A stretch of 64,000 nucleotides of DNA, from sequence record OL631482.1, one strand, 5' to 3'. Position numbers and translations under genes: made by a program. Of this stretch, positions 30,127 to 42,090 are shown one piece after another. This DNA comes from Escherichia phage ECML-359. Position 1 is the first letter of the stretch. Each line of letters opens with the position of its first letter. The notes under the pieces were generated by a model. It searched no databases and was not told where the DNA came from. It saw only the letters and a list, made by a program, of their open reading frames with translations.

Positions 30127-30620
30127 AACTTGATGATTACCTCAACAATATCATCCTGGGATAAACCATTCAGGAGGATGTGATTTGTACTGTCAGATGC
30201 TGAAATGCGGAACTGATTACCAACTTCATCCGCCATATCATCCTGGGTTAACACTGGGTGTTTAATTCCCAGGCGGTGTTGAAGTGTCAGGGGTTCAACC
30301 ACAACATAACAAACACATCCATTGATATGCACATTAGGTTGGGTCTGATTGATGAACACTTCTGCATCATATTTAACCAAATGGTTCTTTAAGAAGTCAA
30401 CCATTTCAGGAACAGATTCATGCAGTGCTTCTTTCCGCTCTTCTGATTTTTTATCGCGGTATTCTTTTTGTTTCGCTTTCAACTTTTTATTGGAGGCGAG
30501 TTTTTTCCGCAAGTCAGTCATGAGACCAATTTTCTTGGTCCCTTTATAGACATAAATTCCGTCATGACGGTCACCATATTCATTGACAATCATTTCATTT
30601 GAAATCAGTTGCATATCCAT
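30117..30620 (-). CDS. alc: Alc-like protein (167 aa)
   Basis: First ATG with a GAGGAAA RBS gives 167 aa, the length of T4 Alc, in the T4 alc position between the spanins and rnlA. Identity by position and length only. Confidence 0.5.
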   Translation of the reverse strand: MDMQLISNEMIVNEYGDRHDGIYVYKGTKKIGLMTDLRKKLASNKKLKAKQKEYRDKKSEERKEALHESVPEMVDFLKNHLVKYDAEVFINQTQPNVHINGCVCYVVVEPLTLQHRLGIKHPVLTQDDMADEVGNQFRISASDSTNHILLNGLSQDDIVEVIIKLCK

Positions 30621-30633
30621 AATATTTTCCTCA

Positions 30634-30867
30634 TTAGTAGCGGTTATAACCCCGGGGACCAAAAGAGTTGGCACCCAGGCGCTCATCTTTCTTTTTGGCT
30701 CTTGCTCTAAACCCAGAATCACCTGTTTGAGCTTTCAGTTCTTTTAACAATTTGGCCTTCAGGTCAGTAATGAAACCAATCCGGCGGTCTCCCTTGTAGA
30801 CATAGATTCCATCATTTCTGTCACCATATGCCTGTGTAACTCTTTCATTTGTAATTAAGTTTAACAT
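30634..30867 (-). CDS. truncated paralog of the Alc-like N-terminus (77 aa)
   Basis: Residues 1-45 (MLNLITNERVTQAYGDRNDGIYVYKGDRRIGFITDLKAKL) are about 55% identical to the downstream Alc-like N-terminus; the underlying DNA is also a direct repeat. Own GAGGA RBS. Confidence 0.45.
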   Translation of the reverse strand: MLNLITNERVTQAYGDRNDGIYVYKGDRRIGFITDLKAKLLKELKAQTGDSGFRARAKKKDERLGANSFGPRGYNRY

Positions 30868-30897
30868 GTTTTAGTCCTCATCAGTAGTTGATGGAAC

Positions 30898-30927
30898 CAT
30901 TATGTATAGAAAGGAGGGGCTTGTACA
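30898..30927 (-). promoter_or_regulatory. early promoter (GTGTACA -35, cATAAT -10)
   Basis: Minus strand reads aaaaaaggggtGTACAagcccctcctttctatacATAATGgttcc. Confidence 0.45.
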
Positions 30928-30938
30928 CCCCTTTTTTA

Positions 30939-32075
30939 TTATTCAGGAAGGATTACTTCCGCTTGGTAGTCCGACGGAATGTAAAGTTTATGATTTTTAA
31001 GGAAAACTTTATTGATTTGAGCAATCGTTTGTTCAGTTTCCTGTGGGCGTTGATAGGTGTTCATTAATACGGAGAACAATCCCGGGTACGGTTTGCACAA
31101 CTCTTGACCTTTAATCGCGAACTCGCGACGGTCTTTCCCTGCTAACTGTTTCTGGGCATCAAGCAACAATCCAAGAGTGTTGGACAGATAATCCAGATGC
31201 GTTACAGTAAAGGCATTAACTTTTTCGCGAGCATATGTATCGCCAGTAAACATGGCAATAACATCATCAGCGCCGCCAGCAACAACAACTTCAAACAGAC
31301 GCTCATTATTATTAATGGAGTCTTTAGTATGATGTAGAGCACAATACCATTCTGTTTTCATCTTGAACTTCTGACCGTTAGCCAGCTCATAGACGAAGCC
31401 TTCAATCTCTTTCATACCACGAACATTCTCAATGCTCGCCGGGTCATATGCTTCAACCAGGAAAGGACGGAGCGCAGCATCTTTGAACAGTTCCTGATAA
31501 GGAATATATTCACCAGTTTCATTATGGCGAACGTTCAGTAAAATCAGGTCACGTTCCTGGTAAGGCAAAACAATGCGGTTGGTTGGTGCAACATATTCCA
31601 TATTGCATGTATAACCAGCTTCAGTGATTTCAGTTACGCGAGCCCTGAATGCACTGCGATGCTCTTGTTTAAACACCTGCAAGGATTCAGCGGCCTGTGA
31701 GCTTTTGATTGACCCTTTGGATTTAAAGGCGATATTAGTCTGGTCCATATAAGTAGAAACCAAACTACCATCAGCTTTTGCAGTAACCAGGACAACCTCA
31801 TCAAGGTTAAGGTCCATGGTCATTGGATTCTCACCCAGATTAAAGAATTTTTCCATAGGCCGGGCGGCAATGCGAACTGGACCATTGTCATCCATTTCAA
31901 ACATAATGCCACGGCACTCCAGCGCATCATCAAGAAGCCAATCACTATAGGAAGCATAGTTATAGCTAAAGATGCGGAACTTAGTTTCAAATGGAGAAAC
32001 AAAATCCGTATAGAAAAACTTACCTTTATCGGATTCGGCGCAAAGCTTCATTAAGTTATCATATAATTCAATCAT
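30939..32075 (-). CDS. rnlA: RNA ligase 1
   Basis: 378 aa, similar to T4 RnlA (...FFYTDFVSPF.TKFRIFSYNYASYSDWLLDDALECRGIMFEMD...). Confidence 0.85.
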   Translation of the reverse strand: MIELYDNLMKLCAESDKGKFFYTDFVSPFETKFRIFSYNYASYSDWLLDDALECRGIMFEMDDNGPVRIAARPMEKFFNLGENPMTMDLNLDEVVLVTAKADGSLVSTYMDQTNIAFKSKGSIKSSQAAESLQVFKQEHRSAFRARVTEITEAGYTCNMEYVAPTNRIVLPYQERDLILLNVRHNETGEYIPYQELFKDAALRPFLVEAYDPASIENVRGMKEIEGFVYELANGQKFKMKTEWYCALHHTKDSINNNERLFEVVVAGGADDVIAMFTGDTYAREKVNAFTVTHLDYLSNTLGLLLDAQKQLAGKDRREFAIKGQELCKPYPGLFSVLMNTYQRPQETEQTIAQINKVFLKNHKLYIPSDYQAEVILPE

Positions 32076-32482
32076 TTCTTCACCTTATGTTGGTAATTCC
32101 ACGGGGGATTAAAAAGCTTGATGAACATCGGCTCTTCCAGAGACATCGTTTCGACTGACATTGTGCCAAGTTCATTGGTCATTGACAGATTGAAACATTG
32201 TCGTGCATAGAATATCACCTTTTTACCTTCTTGTAAAGCTTCATGTATCATCCGGGATTTGTTTGAATCACTCGTCTGTTCGATTCGGTTAATTGCAGTC
32301 CGGTAATAGTTGATACGCTTCTTAAGGTTGTTCGTCTTACCAATATACACTAGTTCATCATCAACTGAAATAGCATAGATAACATTTTTCTTGTTTGCGA
32401 GAGTAAGGATAGGGATTTTACCATCGACTAACTCTAACTCCGCGTATTTTATAAAACTGTATTCATCAGCGATTTGTTTCAT
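32072..32482 (-). CDS. denA: endonuclease II (GIY-YIG family)
   Basis: GIY-YIG-like motif VIYAISVDDELVYIGKT. First ATG gives 136 aa, the length of T4 DenA; the ORF-track start is TTG. Confidence 0.75.
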   Translation of the reverse strand: MKQIADEYSFIKYAELELVDGKIPILTLANKKNVIYAISVDDELVYIGKTNNLKKRINYYRTAINRIEQTSDSNKSRMIHEALQEGKKVIFYARQCFNLSMTNELGTMSVETMSLEEPMFIKLFNPPWNYQHKVKK

Positions 32483-32485
32483 GGG

Positions 32486-32508
32486 CAAAAAGGGCCGAAG
32501 CCCTTTCC
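32486..32508 (-). terminator. rho-independent terminator between nrdB and denA
   Basis: GGGC-ttcg-GCCC hairpin followed by a T-run on the minus strand. Confidence 0.5.
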
Positions 32509-33687
32509 TTATAGATATTTACGGAAACCAGCAAGAACATTCTCATCGACGTCATTGTCAATCTGGGCTACCAGGTAAGCAGACAACTCAACTTCTTGTG
32601 GCGCAGATTGCACATTATCAGAGTTAAGATATTCACGAATCCATGGAATCGGGTGCTTAGTAGATTCTAACACGATTTCACAAGGGAGACCGCATTGCTT
32701 CATACGAGAAACTGTCAAATAATCGATGAACCGGTTAAGAATCTCGACGCTCAACCCGGGGAGTCCACCATCTTTAAACAGATGCACGGCCCATTCTTTT
32801 TCCTGGCGGTTAACTTCCATGAAAATGGCTGCGGCTTCTGCTTCACATTCGTGTGCGATTTTAACCCATTCGTCACCGTCTACACCAGTTTGCAGCTGAC
32901 GAAGAATATATTGTGTCCCCTTAAGGTGAAGCTGTTCATCACGGGCGATGAACTTCATTATTTTCGCATTACCTTCCATGATTTCCATGTTCTTATGGAA
33001 GTTGAAAGTACATGCAAAAGATACATAAAAACGAATAGCTTCCAGTGCGTTAATAACATGCAGGCAGAGATAAAGAGACTTCATCAATGCTCGTTTGGCG
33101 ATAGCTTCTTGTTTGATAGCTCGTTCCAAACGTTCGTCCGCTTCGGGAGTTTCTTTGGCCAGTTCAACAAAAGCAATCTGGTTTTGCCATTGACGAGTTT
33201 TATTCAGAACATCATCATAGTAATGACCAATGGATTCTGCGCGCTTCATGATTGCATCATCTAACAGGATTTCGTCGAATACCTTCGCCGGGTCCGTATA
33301 GAGATTTCGCATTATGTGCGTATAAGAACGAGAGTGAATTGTCTCGCTGAATGTCCAGGTCTGAATCCATGTATCAAGACTCGGGTCAGAAACTAATGCG
33401 GCTAATGCTGCAGCTGGAGCACGACCCTGAATACTATCCAGAAGTGATTGGTATTTCAGGTTATTTGTAAAAATATTTTGCTGATGGACAGGAAGCTTAT
33501 TAAATTGAGCTCCGTCCATCATCAGGTTTACTTCCTCTGGGCGCCAGAAGAATGATAATTGCTTTTCTGTTAATTCTTCGAAAACTTTATGACGCTGGAT
33601 ATCATAACGTGCGATGCCCAATCCAGAACCGAAGAACATCGGCTCGGCTAAAACATCCACTGGAGTGGTATTAAAAACTGTACTCAT
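32509..33687 (-). CDS. nrdB: ribonucleotide reductase small subunit (intron-less)
   Basis: 392 aa, uninterrupted, T4 synteny. Confidence 0.9.
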   Translation of the reverse strand: MSTVFNTTPVDVLAEPMFFGSGLGIARYDIQRHKVFEELTEKQLSFFWRPEEVNLMMDGAQFNKLPVHQQNIFTNNLKYQSLLDSIQGRAPAAALAALVSDPSLDTWIQTWTFSETIHSRSYTHIMRNLYTDPAKVFDEILLDDAIMKRAESIGHYYDDVLNKTRQWQNQIAFVELAKETPEADERLERAIKQEAIAKRALMKSLYLCLHVINALEAIRFYVSFACTFNFHKNMEIMEGNAKIMKFIARDEQLHLKGTQYILRQLQTGVDGDEWVKIAHECEAEAAAIFMEVNRQEKEWAVHLFKDGGLPGLSVEILNRFIDYLTVSRMKQCGLPCEIVLESTKHPIPWIREYLNSDNVQSAPQEVELSAYLVAQIDNDVDENVLAGFRKYL

Positions 33688-33725
33688 TTTATTTCCTCAA
33701 TAGCTCATCCATGAGCATAATTATA

Positions 33726-35981
33726 TCAAAGTTTACAGGCGGAGCAGTCTTCTGCTTTAGGAGCTTCGATTTCGTAATCGTCTGTTCCGGAACCATCTCT
33801 AGTGTTATGATAATAAAGGTTTTTTCCACCAAAATACCAGAAGTACATCAGGTCGTCAAGCATAACTGACATCGGAACTTTTCCTTTCGGATAATTCTGC
33901 GGGTCATAATACGTATTTGCTGATGCTGACTGACAAATCCATTTCAACATAATCGCGACTTGGGTCAGATAAGGTTTGTTACCTTGCTTAGCTAGCACCC
34001 ATGCGTAATCGTACAATCCTTTATTGTGCTCAATATTGGGCACGACTTGATTAAAGGAACCCTCTTTTGACTCTTTAATAGAGACTGGCCCACGCGGAGG
34101 TTCGATACCGTTTGTACTGTTAGAAACTTGGGAAGATGACTCACAAGGCATAAGTGCTGATAATGTGCTATTACGGATGCCATGTTCAACCAGGTCTTCC
34201 CGCAACTGCGCCCAGTCACAAACGTAGTTTGGAGCTGCGATTTGGTCAATCTTTTTATTGTACCAGTCGATAGGTAATTCGCCTCGAGCCCAACGAGTGT
34301 CTGAATAATATTCGCAAGGTCCTTTTTCTTTGGCGAGCTTGATTGATGCTCGGATAAGGCCATATTGTAATCTCTCGAACAGTTCATGCGTTAAATCGTT
34401 TGCATCAGCGTAGGAAGCGAAATTGCTTGCCAACCATGCAGCATAGTTAGTAACCCCAACACCCAGGTTGCGGCGTTTTTTGGCTTTCAGAGCTTCTTTA
34501 ACCGGATAACCCTGGTAGTCCAACAGGTTATCAAGAGCACGAACCTGAACTTCAGCCAGCTCGTTAATCTTATCTTGGTCCTGCCAGTCAAAACTATCCA
34601 GAACAAATGCAGAGAGGGTGCACAATCCGATTTCAGCGTCTTCGCTGTTCACATCAGTAGTCGGGATTGCAATTTCACAACAAAGGTTCGATTGACGAAT
34701 CGGAGCCTTATCGCGGATGAACGGAGTATAGTCATTCACGTTATCAACGAACTGTGGATAAACCCTGGCTGTACCGGAACGTTCGGTCATGAATAATTCG
34801 AACAGGTCTTTTGCTTTGATGCGCTTCTTACGAACTGTCGGGTCTTTTTCCAAGGCTTCGTATAACTCACGGAATTTATCCGGGTTATCAAAATATGAAT
34901 AATACAATTCACCACCGGCTTCGTGCGGACTAAACAGAGTGATGTAATCATTCTTAGCCAGTCGTTCCATCATCAGGTTATTCAACTGGACACCATAGTC
35001 CATATGTCTGATGCGGTTTTCTTCAACACCCTTGTTATTCTTTAGAACGAGTAAATTTTCAACTTCCAAATGCCAAATAGGATAATAAGCAGTAGCAGCG
35101 CCGCCACGGATTCCACCTTGTGAACATGATTTAACAGCCGTTTGGAAATGTTTCCAGAACGGAATAACACCAGTATGCTTGACTTCGCCCATACCGATTT
35201 TAGAACCTTCAGCACGAATCATGCCAACGTTGATACCGATACCTGCACGCTTACTGATATATTCGATGATTGAATTAGCAGTCTTATTGATTGACTTCAG
35301 GGAGTCCGCCGCTTCGATAACCACACAGGAACTGAACTGCCTGGTAGGTGTTCTGGCGCCCGCCATGATAGGTGTGGGCAACGAAACCTGACGTGTGGAT
35401 ACTGCATCATAAAAACGGCAAACGTGCTTCAGACGGTCCGTTGGTTCATCCTGGTGCAGTGCCATGCCGATAGCCATGATAGCGAATTGCGGAGTCTCGT
35501 AAATTTTACCGGTGGTTTTATCTTTAACCAGGTATTTCTCTTTCAACTGCATCGCGCCTGCATAAGTCAGGTCAAAATCACGTTCGTGCTTGATACGAGA
35601 TTCCAGATAAGTAATCTCTTCGGCAGAATAACTTGATAACAGTTCCGGGTCATATTTGCCTTCATTGACACAATAAGAAATCTGGTCAATAAAAGAACGC
35701 GGTTCGAACTGGCCATAAACATCTTTACGCAGAGCAAACATCGTAGCCTTCGCTGCAACGTATTGGTAATCTGGTTCTTCAACCGAGATAAGCCCAGCAG
35801 ACACTTTGATGATAACCGTCTGAATATCGCGGGTAGTCATACCATCGCGCAGATGTGGTTTGATTGTTTCGTATAATTCATACGGGTCGATATTAGTTCC
35901 TTCGCATGACCAGGAAAGAACTTTAATAATTTTCTGGCCATCAAAATCTTGAGAGACGCCACTACTTTTTTGTACTTGCAT
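33726..35981 (-). CDS. nrdA: ribonucleotide reductase large subunit
   Basis: 751 aa with the NLCCEIA active-site motif and C-terminal Cys pair (CSACKL). Confidence 0.95.
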   Translation of the reverse strand: MQVQKSSGVSQDFDGQKIIKVLSWSCEGTNIDPYELYETIKPHLRDGMTTRDIQTVIIKVSAGLISVEEPDYQYVAAKATMFALRKDVYGQFEPRSFIDQISYCVNEGKYDPELLSSYSAEEITYLESRIKHERDFDLTYAGAMQLKEKYLVKDKTTGKIYETPQFAIMAIGMALHQDEPTDRLKHVCRFYDAVSTRQVSLPTPIMAGARTPTRQFSSCVVIEAADSLKSINKTANSIIEYISKRAGIGINVGMIRAEGSKIGMGEVKHTGVIPFWKHFQTAVKSCSQGGIRGGAATAYYPIWHLEVENLLVLKNNKGVEENRIRHMDYGVQLNNLMMERLAKNDYITLFSPHEAGGELYYSYFDNPDKFRELYEALEKDPTVRKKRIKAKDLFELFMTERSGTARVYPQFVDNVNDYTPFIRDKAPIRQSNLCCEIAIPTTDVNSEDAEIGLCTLSAFVLDSFDWQDQDKINELAEVQVRALDNLLDYQGYPVKEALKAKKRRNLGVGVTNYAAWLASNFASYADANDLTHELFERLQYGLIRASIKLAKEKGPCEYYSDTRWARGELPIDWYNKKIDQIAAPNYVCDWAQLREDLVEHGIRNSTLSALMPCESSSQVSNSTNGIEPPRGPVSIKESKEGSFNQVVPNIEHNKGLYDYAWVLAKQGNKPYLTQVAIMLKWICQSASANTYYDPQNYPKGKVPMSVMLDDLMYFWYFGGKNLYYHNTRDGSGTDDYEIEAPKAEDCSACKL

Positions 35982-36014
35982 GTTTTCCTCTATAGTTCAA
36001 AAGGGTTGGGAACC

Positions 36015-36260
36015 TTAAATTGTCTCTGGCAGTTCCGAAGACATTTCATCATTATATTCTTCTTCTGACTGGACGGTGATGTCAAAATATGACTGGACGT
36101 CACCGGCTGCATCATGACAGTAGACACGTTCATGACGTTTGGCCAGAAATTTGATTCCGTCAATAGTGATATAAGAATTTGGTGCCGGTAAATCCTGTTC
36201 GGTAAATTGTATCATTTCAAAAATGACTTCGCCAGTCTGGCGTTTAAATCGTAAATTCAT
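36015..36260 (-). CDS. hypothetical protein (nrdA.1 position)
   Basis: 81-aa ORF. Confidence 0.5.
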   Translation of the reverse strand: MNLRFKRQTGEVIFEMIQFTEQDLPAPNSYITIDGIKFLAKRHERVYCHDAAGDVQSYFDITVQSEEEYNDEMSSELPETI

Positions 36261-36319
36261 AATTTCCTCTCATTAAATTTTAAATAATTATATCACAGTG
36301 CCCTGAAGCGGAATCGTAT

Positions 36320-36619
36320 TTATGTTCCCAAATCCTCGAGCGAAAAGGTGTCTTTGAAAAGTTTATTAACGACCAGGGCGATAACATCACCATGACATGA
36401 CTTTGGTTTGCATGTACAGGCTAATCGCATTCCGCGGAGGGTTTCAAGGTGTTCTCTTTTAATTTCACCCGATTTAATCTTTGATATGAAATATTCTTTA
36501 AAGTTCTTTATGTTTTCTTCTCGGGTACCATCTTTATATGGGTTTCCCCACATGGTACCCCGTTGAATATTCACATCAAAGTCAGATTGATATTTGTTAA
36601 CAACCCGACATGCTTTCAT
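36320..36619 (-). CDS. hypothetical protein (nrdA.2 position)
   Basis: 99-aa ORF. Confidence 0.5.
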   Translation of the reverse strand: MKACRVVNKYQSDFDVNIQRGTMWGNPYKDGTREENIKNFKEYFISKIKSGEIKREHLETLRGMRLACTCKPKSCHGDVIALVVNKLFKDTFSLEDLGT

Positions 36620-36680
36620 AGTAGGAAGTTAAGTCCGACCATTACGACCAGAAATAAAATACCGGCAATTTGAATTTTCA

Positions 36681-36877
36681 TTAGACCTCGACAATAAACC
36701 AGATAGACCGATTGAAATCATCATATTCATACGATTTAACCACACGCATAACATAAAGTTCTTTGTTCTGGACAAAAATCGTTGTTTTCTCTTTAGGCAG
36801 TTCATCGAGACTTATGTTCATTTTTTCAAACAGCACCTCATTGGTACCGTATCTATTGTTTACTATACGAATATTCA

Positions 36878-36878
<1 letters not shown>
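36681..36878 (-). CDS. hypothetical protein
   Basis: 65-aa ORF whose stop overlaps the td start. Confidence 0.45.
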
Positions 36879-38654
<1,776 letters not shown>

Positions 38655-38746
38655 TATATTTTCCTCAAATTCATTTAAATCAAGACTATGCAATTTTTAA
38701 AGCATTGCATAATAGAATTCATCATTCATAAACTCAAATACAAAAA

Positions 38747-39106
38747 TTATATTATCTCCCATCGAAAAGGGTCAGGAGCATATCCGATAGAGTTAATCAT
38801 TTTAACTAAAGTTACCATTCCTTTGTTAACTGCTTGTGCGATTTCATCAAAAACTTCATCGCTATCATCATAAAGGTCATTAAAAAGTTCTAACACGTTC
38901 TTCTGAACTTTTAATTTATGACCAACAATCTCGCCTACAGTAAATTCGTTTCCGCCGATTCCAGTGTAAAACGTAATTACACCAGTTAACAGACTTTCGC
39001 GAGAATCTAGGTCATGTGATAAATTAATATAAGCCATCCCGGGTGCAGTTTTAAGTTGGCAACGAATTCTTACTTGGGTAATTCCGGTTACATGAATGTC
39101 GGACAT
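38747..39106 (-). CDS. hypothetical protein (frd.2 position)
   Basis: 119-aa ORF. Confidence 0.5.
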   Translation of the reverse strand: MSDIHVTGITQVRIRCQLKTAPGMAYINLSHDLDSRESLLTGVITFYTGIGGNEFTVGEIVGHKLKVQKNVLELFNDLYDDSDEVFDEIAQAVNKGMVTLVKMINSIGYAPDPFRWEII

Positions 39107-39116
39107 ATTATTTTCC

Positions 39117-39359
39117 TCAAACAGACTTTTTCACAATTTTCCAGTCAGCTTTAAATTGGTCAACATCAGAGTGGTGAATCCAGAAACCAGATGAGCTACC
39201 ATCTTCATAAAGAGGGCAACCATCACACTCATCTTTCCAACCCATTGCACACAAAGTTTCTTCAGCTTTTTCCAGAGCTTCTGGATTGTTACCCTGGATT
39301 GTGAAGTACCATTTACCTTTAACTTCTGAATCTTTGATGCTCTCACGTTGTAATTTCAT
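39117..39359 (-). CDS. hypothetical protein (frd.3 position)
   Basis: 80-aa ORF. Confidence 0.5.
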   Translation of the reverse strand: MKLQRESIKDSEVKGKWYFTIQGNNPEALEKAEETLCAMGWKDECDGCPLYEDGSSSGFWIHHSDVDQFKADWKIVKKSV

Positions 39360-39417
39360 TTTATTCTCCTCAAGTTGGTAAGGCTATAGTATCATTACCA
39401 TAGCCTGTTGTAAACAT

Positions 39418-39645
39418 TTATTTTTGGATTAAGCCCATATAAAATTCAGCATCTTCAACATGCATACCATCACAATACTCGTCAGTCATAAAACGAGTAA
39501 GGTCTTCAAGAGGACCTTGGATTTCAATTTGGATACTGAAGAATTGGGTATCTTTAATATAAGTCATACTCAAAGAAGGATAACGATTACGGATAACTTC
39601 GTAAGTGTATTCAAAATCAACAATATCAATATTAACTTTAGCCAT
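39418..39645 (-). CDS. hypothetical protein
   Basis: Start placed at Met7, which has a GAGGAAA RBS. Confidence 0.45.
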   Translation of the reverse strand: MAKVNIDIVDFEYTYEVIRNRYPSLSMTYIKDTQFFSIQIEIQGPLEDLTRFMTDEYCDGMHVEDAEFYMGLIQK

Positions 39646-39712
39646 TTTATTTTCCTCACTCATTAGTTGATAGGTCTATAATAACATAATCATAGACATT
39701 ATACACTACTTT

Positions 39713-39979
39713 TTAAATTTTGTCGAGCCATTTACCAAGTTTGGTCATTTCTTTGGTAGCTTTTTCCAGACTTCTGAACTTGACTAACAAAGGATAAGTA
39801 TCTACACCCATAACTAAAGTGGTTACAAGACTATGCTCGCCTACAAGCCATAGAGAATACGTTTGAACATCAAGTCCGTAATTTCGGTCTTTATGGACAC
39901 GTACACCCATCACTTCAAACTGTTCGCTGGCTTTTTCTACTGCATCCAGGAAATCATCTTTAGTCATATTAAATTCCAA
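39713..39979 (-). CDS. hypothetical protein
   Basis: 88-aa ORF. Confidence 0.5.
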   Translation of the reverse strand: MEFNMTKDDFLDAVEKASEQFEVMGVRVHKDRNYGLDVQTYSLWLVGEHSLVTTLVMGVDTYPLLVKFRSLEKATKEMTKLGKWLDKI

Positions 39980-40334
39980 AGGTAGCTTTAATCAAGGCAA
40001 TGACTTCAGCAGCATTTTTGTGATTAACCTGCACATGAATGGTTTGCGTGTCAACAACAGGAGCATCTTCATCAACTTCCAGGAAGTGGCGGAATTCCCA
40101 TTCAGCGAGTTCAAAGTACTCATCAGCATCATCCATACTATCCAAGATGGTACCATCTTTCATTTCAACTTTTTCAACAAAATAATCGCCATCAATAAAG
40201 CACATATCCAGGACTTTGAAGGAACTGCCATGCTGTTCCATCAGCTTGACCATGCGCGAATTATCATCAGGACTACCAGCGATGAAATGTTTTTTAGCAG
40301 CAGGGTCTAATACGTAAGTTTTACCAGTTTCCAT
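39969..40334 (-). CDS. hypothetical acidic protein
   Basis: 121-aa ORF, first gene downstream of an early promoter and leader motif. Confidence 0.5.
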   Translation of the reverse strand: METGKTYVLDPAAKKHFIAGSPDDNSRMVKLMEQHGSSFKVLDMCFIDGDYFVEKVEMKDGTILDSMDDADEYFELAEWEFRHFLEVDEDAPVVDTQTIHVQVNHKNAAEVIALIKATFGI

Positions 40335-40357
40335 TTTGATTTCCTCGGTTGTTTATC

Positions 40358-40382
40358 GTGTAACTCAGTATGGAATCATTAT
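40358..40382 (-). repeat. conserved 25-nt early-leader motif, copy 2 of 4
   Basis: gtgtaactcagtatggaatcattat, as at 23107. Confidence 0.6.
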
Positions 40383-40408
40383 GCCTTAGCTCAAAGGACT
40401 TGTACACT
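40377..40408 (-). promoter_or_regulatory. early promoter (GTGTACA -35, cATAAT -10)
   Basis: Minus strand reads aaaaagtaGTGTACAagtcctttgagctaaggcATAATGattcc. Confidence 0.5.
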
Positions 40409-40421
40409 ACTTTTTGAAAAT

Positions 40422-40444
40422 AAAAAAGGGACCCGAAGGTCCCC
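40422..40444 (-). terminator. rho-independent terminator downstream of gene 32
   Basis: GGGACC-cgaa-GGTCCC hairpin followed by a T-run. Confidence 0.65.
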
Positions 40445-40449
40445 TTATA

Positions 40450-41361
40450 TTAAAGGCCAGCCAGAAGGTCGTCAAGACCATCATCAGAAGGCTCTGGAGT
40501 GCTTGGAGCAGTCGCAGTGCGTTCAGACTTAGCAGGTTTACTGGAAGTGAAATCTTCCATATCTTTATCAAAATCGTCCAGGTCAGCGCCCAGTTTATCA
40601 GCTTGTGCAGCAGCTTTAGAAGCAGCACCGCCGAGAGCAGCCGTACCCATTACTTTAGAGAATTTCTTCTGATTCTCTTCAAGGGATTTAAACACCAGCA
40701 ATTCATTCAGGTCAGACATTTCGTCCCAAAGTTTTTTCTGGAATGCTTCATCATTGATACCAGCGATTTCGGACTGGTTCATGAATTTGGAATCATCGTA
40801 GTTTTTATAACCGGAAACCAGTTTAGATTTCAGTACAAAGTTTGCACCTTCAAAAGGACAAGTTACGTCAATAGCTGTTTCGCCCATGTCAACATCGACT
40901 TCAACCATCTGGTTAATTTTGTCCATGATTTTCTTGCCGAAGCGATATTTGAATACTTGGCCTTCGTTAGACGGAACAGCAGGGTCTTTAATGACCAGGA
41001 TGTTAGCCCAGTAAGAAGTATTACGCTTCAGTTTACGATATTCGGATTCGTTTGTATTGTACAGGTCATTCTTATTCATGTACGCACACACAGGGCAGTT
41101 TTCATAGTCACCGTGAGTGGAAGTACAGTTTTCAATATACCATTGACCCGCATTTTTAAAGCCGTGGTTAACGAGCTTAATGAACGGAGATGGATTTTCT
41201 TCATTCTTAGAAGGCAGGAAACGAATAACCGCAGAGCCGACGCCATCAGTATCTTTCAGTTTCCATTCTTTTTTATCGTCAGAAGAGAAACCAGAACCAC
41301 CTTTCAGAGCGTTAAGGGAAGCAGCCAGGTCAGCAGGGTTTTTACGTTTAAACATAGACAT
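40450..41361 (-). CDS. 32: gp32 single-stranded DNA-binding protein
   Basis: Similar to T4 gp32 (MFKRK..., acidic C-terminus ...[11 protein letters not shown]). Confidence 0.9.
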   Translation of the reverse strand: MSMFKRKNPADLAASLNALKGGSGFSSDDKKEWKLKDTDGVGSAVIRFLPSKNEENPSPFIKLVNHGFKNAGQWYIENCTSTHGDYENCPVCAYMNKNDLYNTNESEYRKLKRNTSYWANILVIKDPAVPSNEGQVFKYRFGKKIMDKINQMVEVDVDMGETAIDVTCPFEGANFVLKSKLVSGYKNYDDSKFMNQSEIAGINDEAFQKKLWDEMSDLNELLVFKSLEENQKKFSKVMGTAALGGAASKAAAQADKLGADLDDFDKDMEDFTSSKPAKSERTATAPSTPEPSDDGLDDLLAGL

Positions 41362-41421
41362 ATGATTTTCCTTAGATTATTTGATTTTTAGCAGTTGTTT
41401 TGATTACGTATTAATTATACT

Positions 41422-42090
41422 TCAAAGTGTTTGAAGCGTTATTTGACAGTTTTTAACGGTCTCAATGAACAATTTACGAGCTTCAAGAGAATCGATATTT
41501 AAGATTTTCTTATAGGCATTTAGTTTGGTTGAATACTTTTCCCAAACCAAGTCGTTAGTCTGTTCATCATGTTTATTTATAATATCTAAAAATGAATCAA
41601 GCAAACAAAACGTTTCAAATGAGATAACATTCGATTGGAGAAGTTTGAAAATATAACTTGTGTTCACTTTAGTGTTATACTCGAAAATCTCTTGAAGCGA
41701 TTTGACTTCGACTTTCTTACTGAAGTAATAGATATTCTTTATATCATCTTCGTATACTTGTTTAATTCTTTTAAGTCTGCCAATGTATTCTCGATAAAAT
41801 ATCAGAGCATCAGCATCACTTATATCACCTATCCATGCATCCTGGTTCGCAACCAGGTTTGACATGAATATTAACGTTAATTCTTTGAGAGTGTACTTAT
41901 CACTAAGCTTTTCGAAAAAATACTTATCGCGACGTTTTTGATAAGCACTATCGGAGATTCGCATGGTCCAGTTATATTTGATAATATCATAACGACCCGA
42001 AAAATGCTGTTTGATGGATAAGTACAGTTGATATACTGATTTACCATTTATGTATCGGTTGTTATTTGGAGGCATGCGAATCGTAATCAT
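41422..42090 (-). CDS. 59: gp59 helicase loader
   Basis: 222 aa in the T4 gene 59 position (T4 gp59 is 217 aa). Confidence 0.75.
   Translation of the reverse strand: MITIRMPPNNNRYINGKSVYQLYLSIKQHFSGRYDIIKYNWTMRISDSAYQKRRDKYFFEKLSDKYTLKELTLIFMSNLVANQDAWIGDISDADALIFYREYIGRLKRIKQVYEDDIKNIYYFSKKVEVKSLQEIFEYNTKVNTSYIFKLLQSNVISFETFCLLDSFLDIINKHDEQTNDLVWEKYSTKLNAYKKILNIDSLEARKLFIETVKNCQITLQTL

Noticed and set aside
40414-41391. 325-aa plus-strand ORF antisense to gene 32, and similar long antisense ORFs (1224-1553, 5354-5809, 12434-12838, 17433-17882, 18508-18891, 32695-33264)
   Set aside because: They lie entirely inside strongly recognisable genes on the opposite strand and have low-complexity, stop-poor composition, typical of frame shadows.
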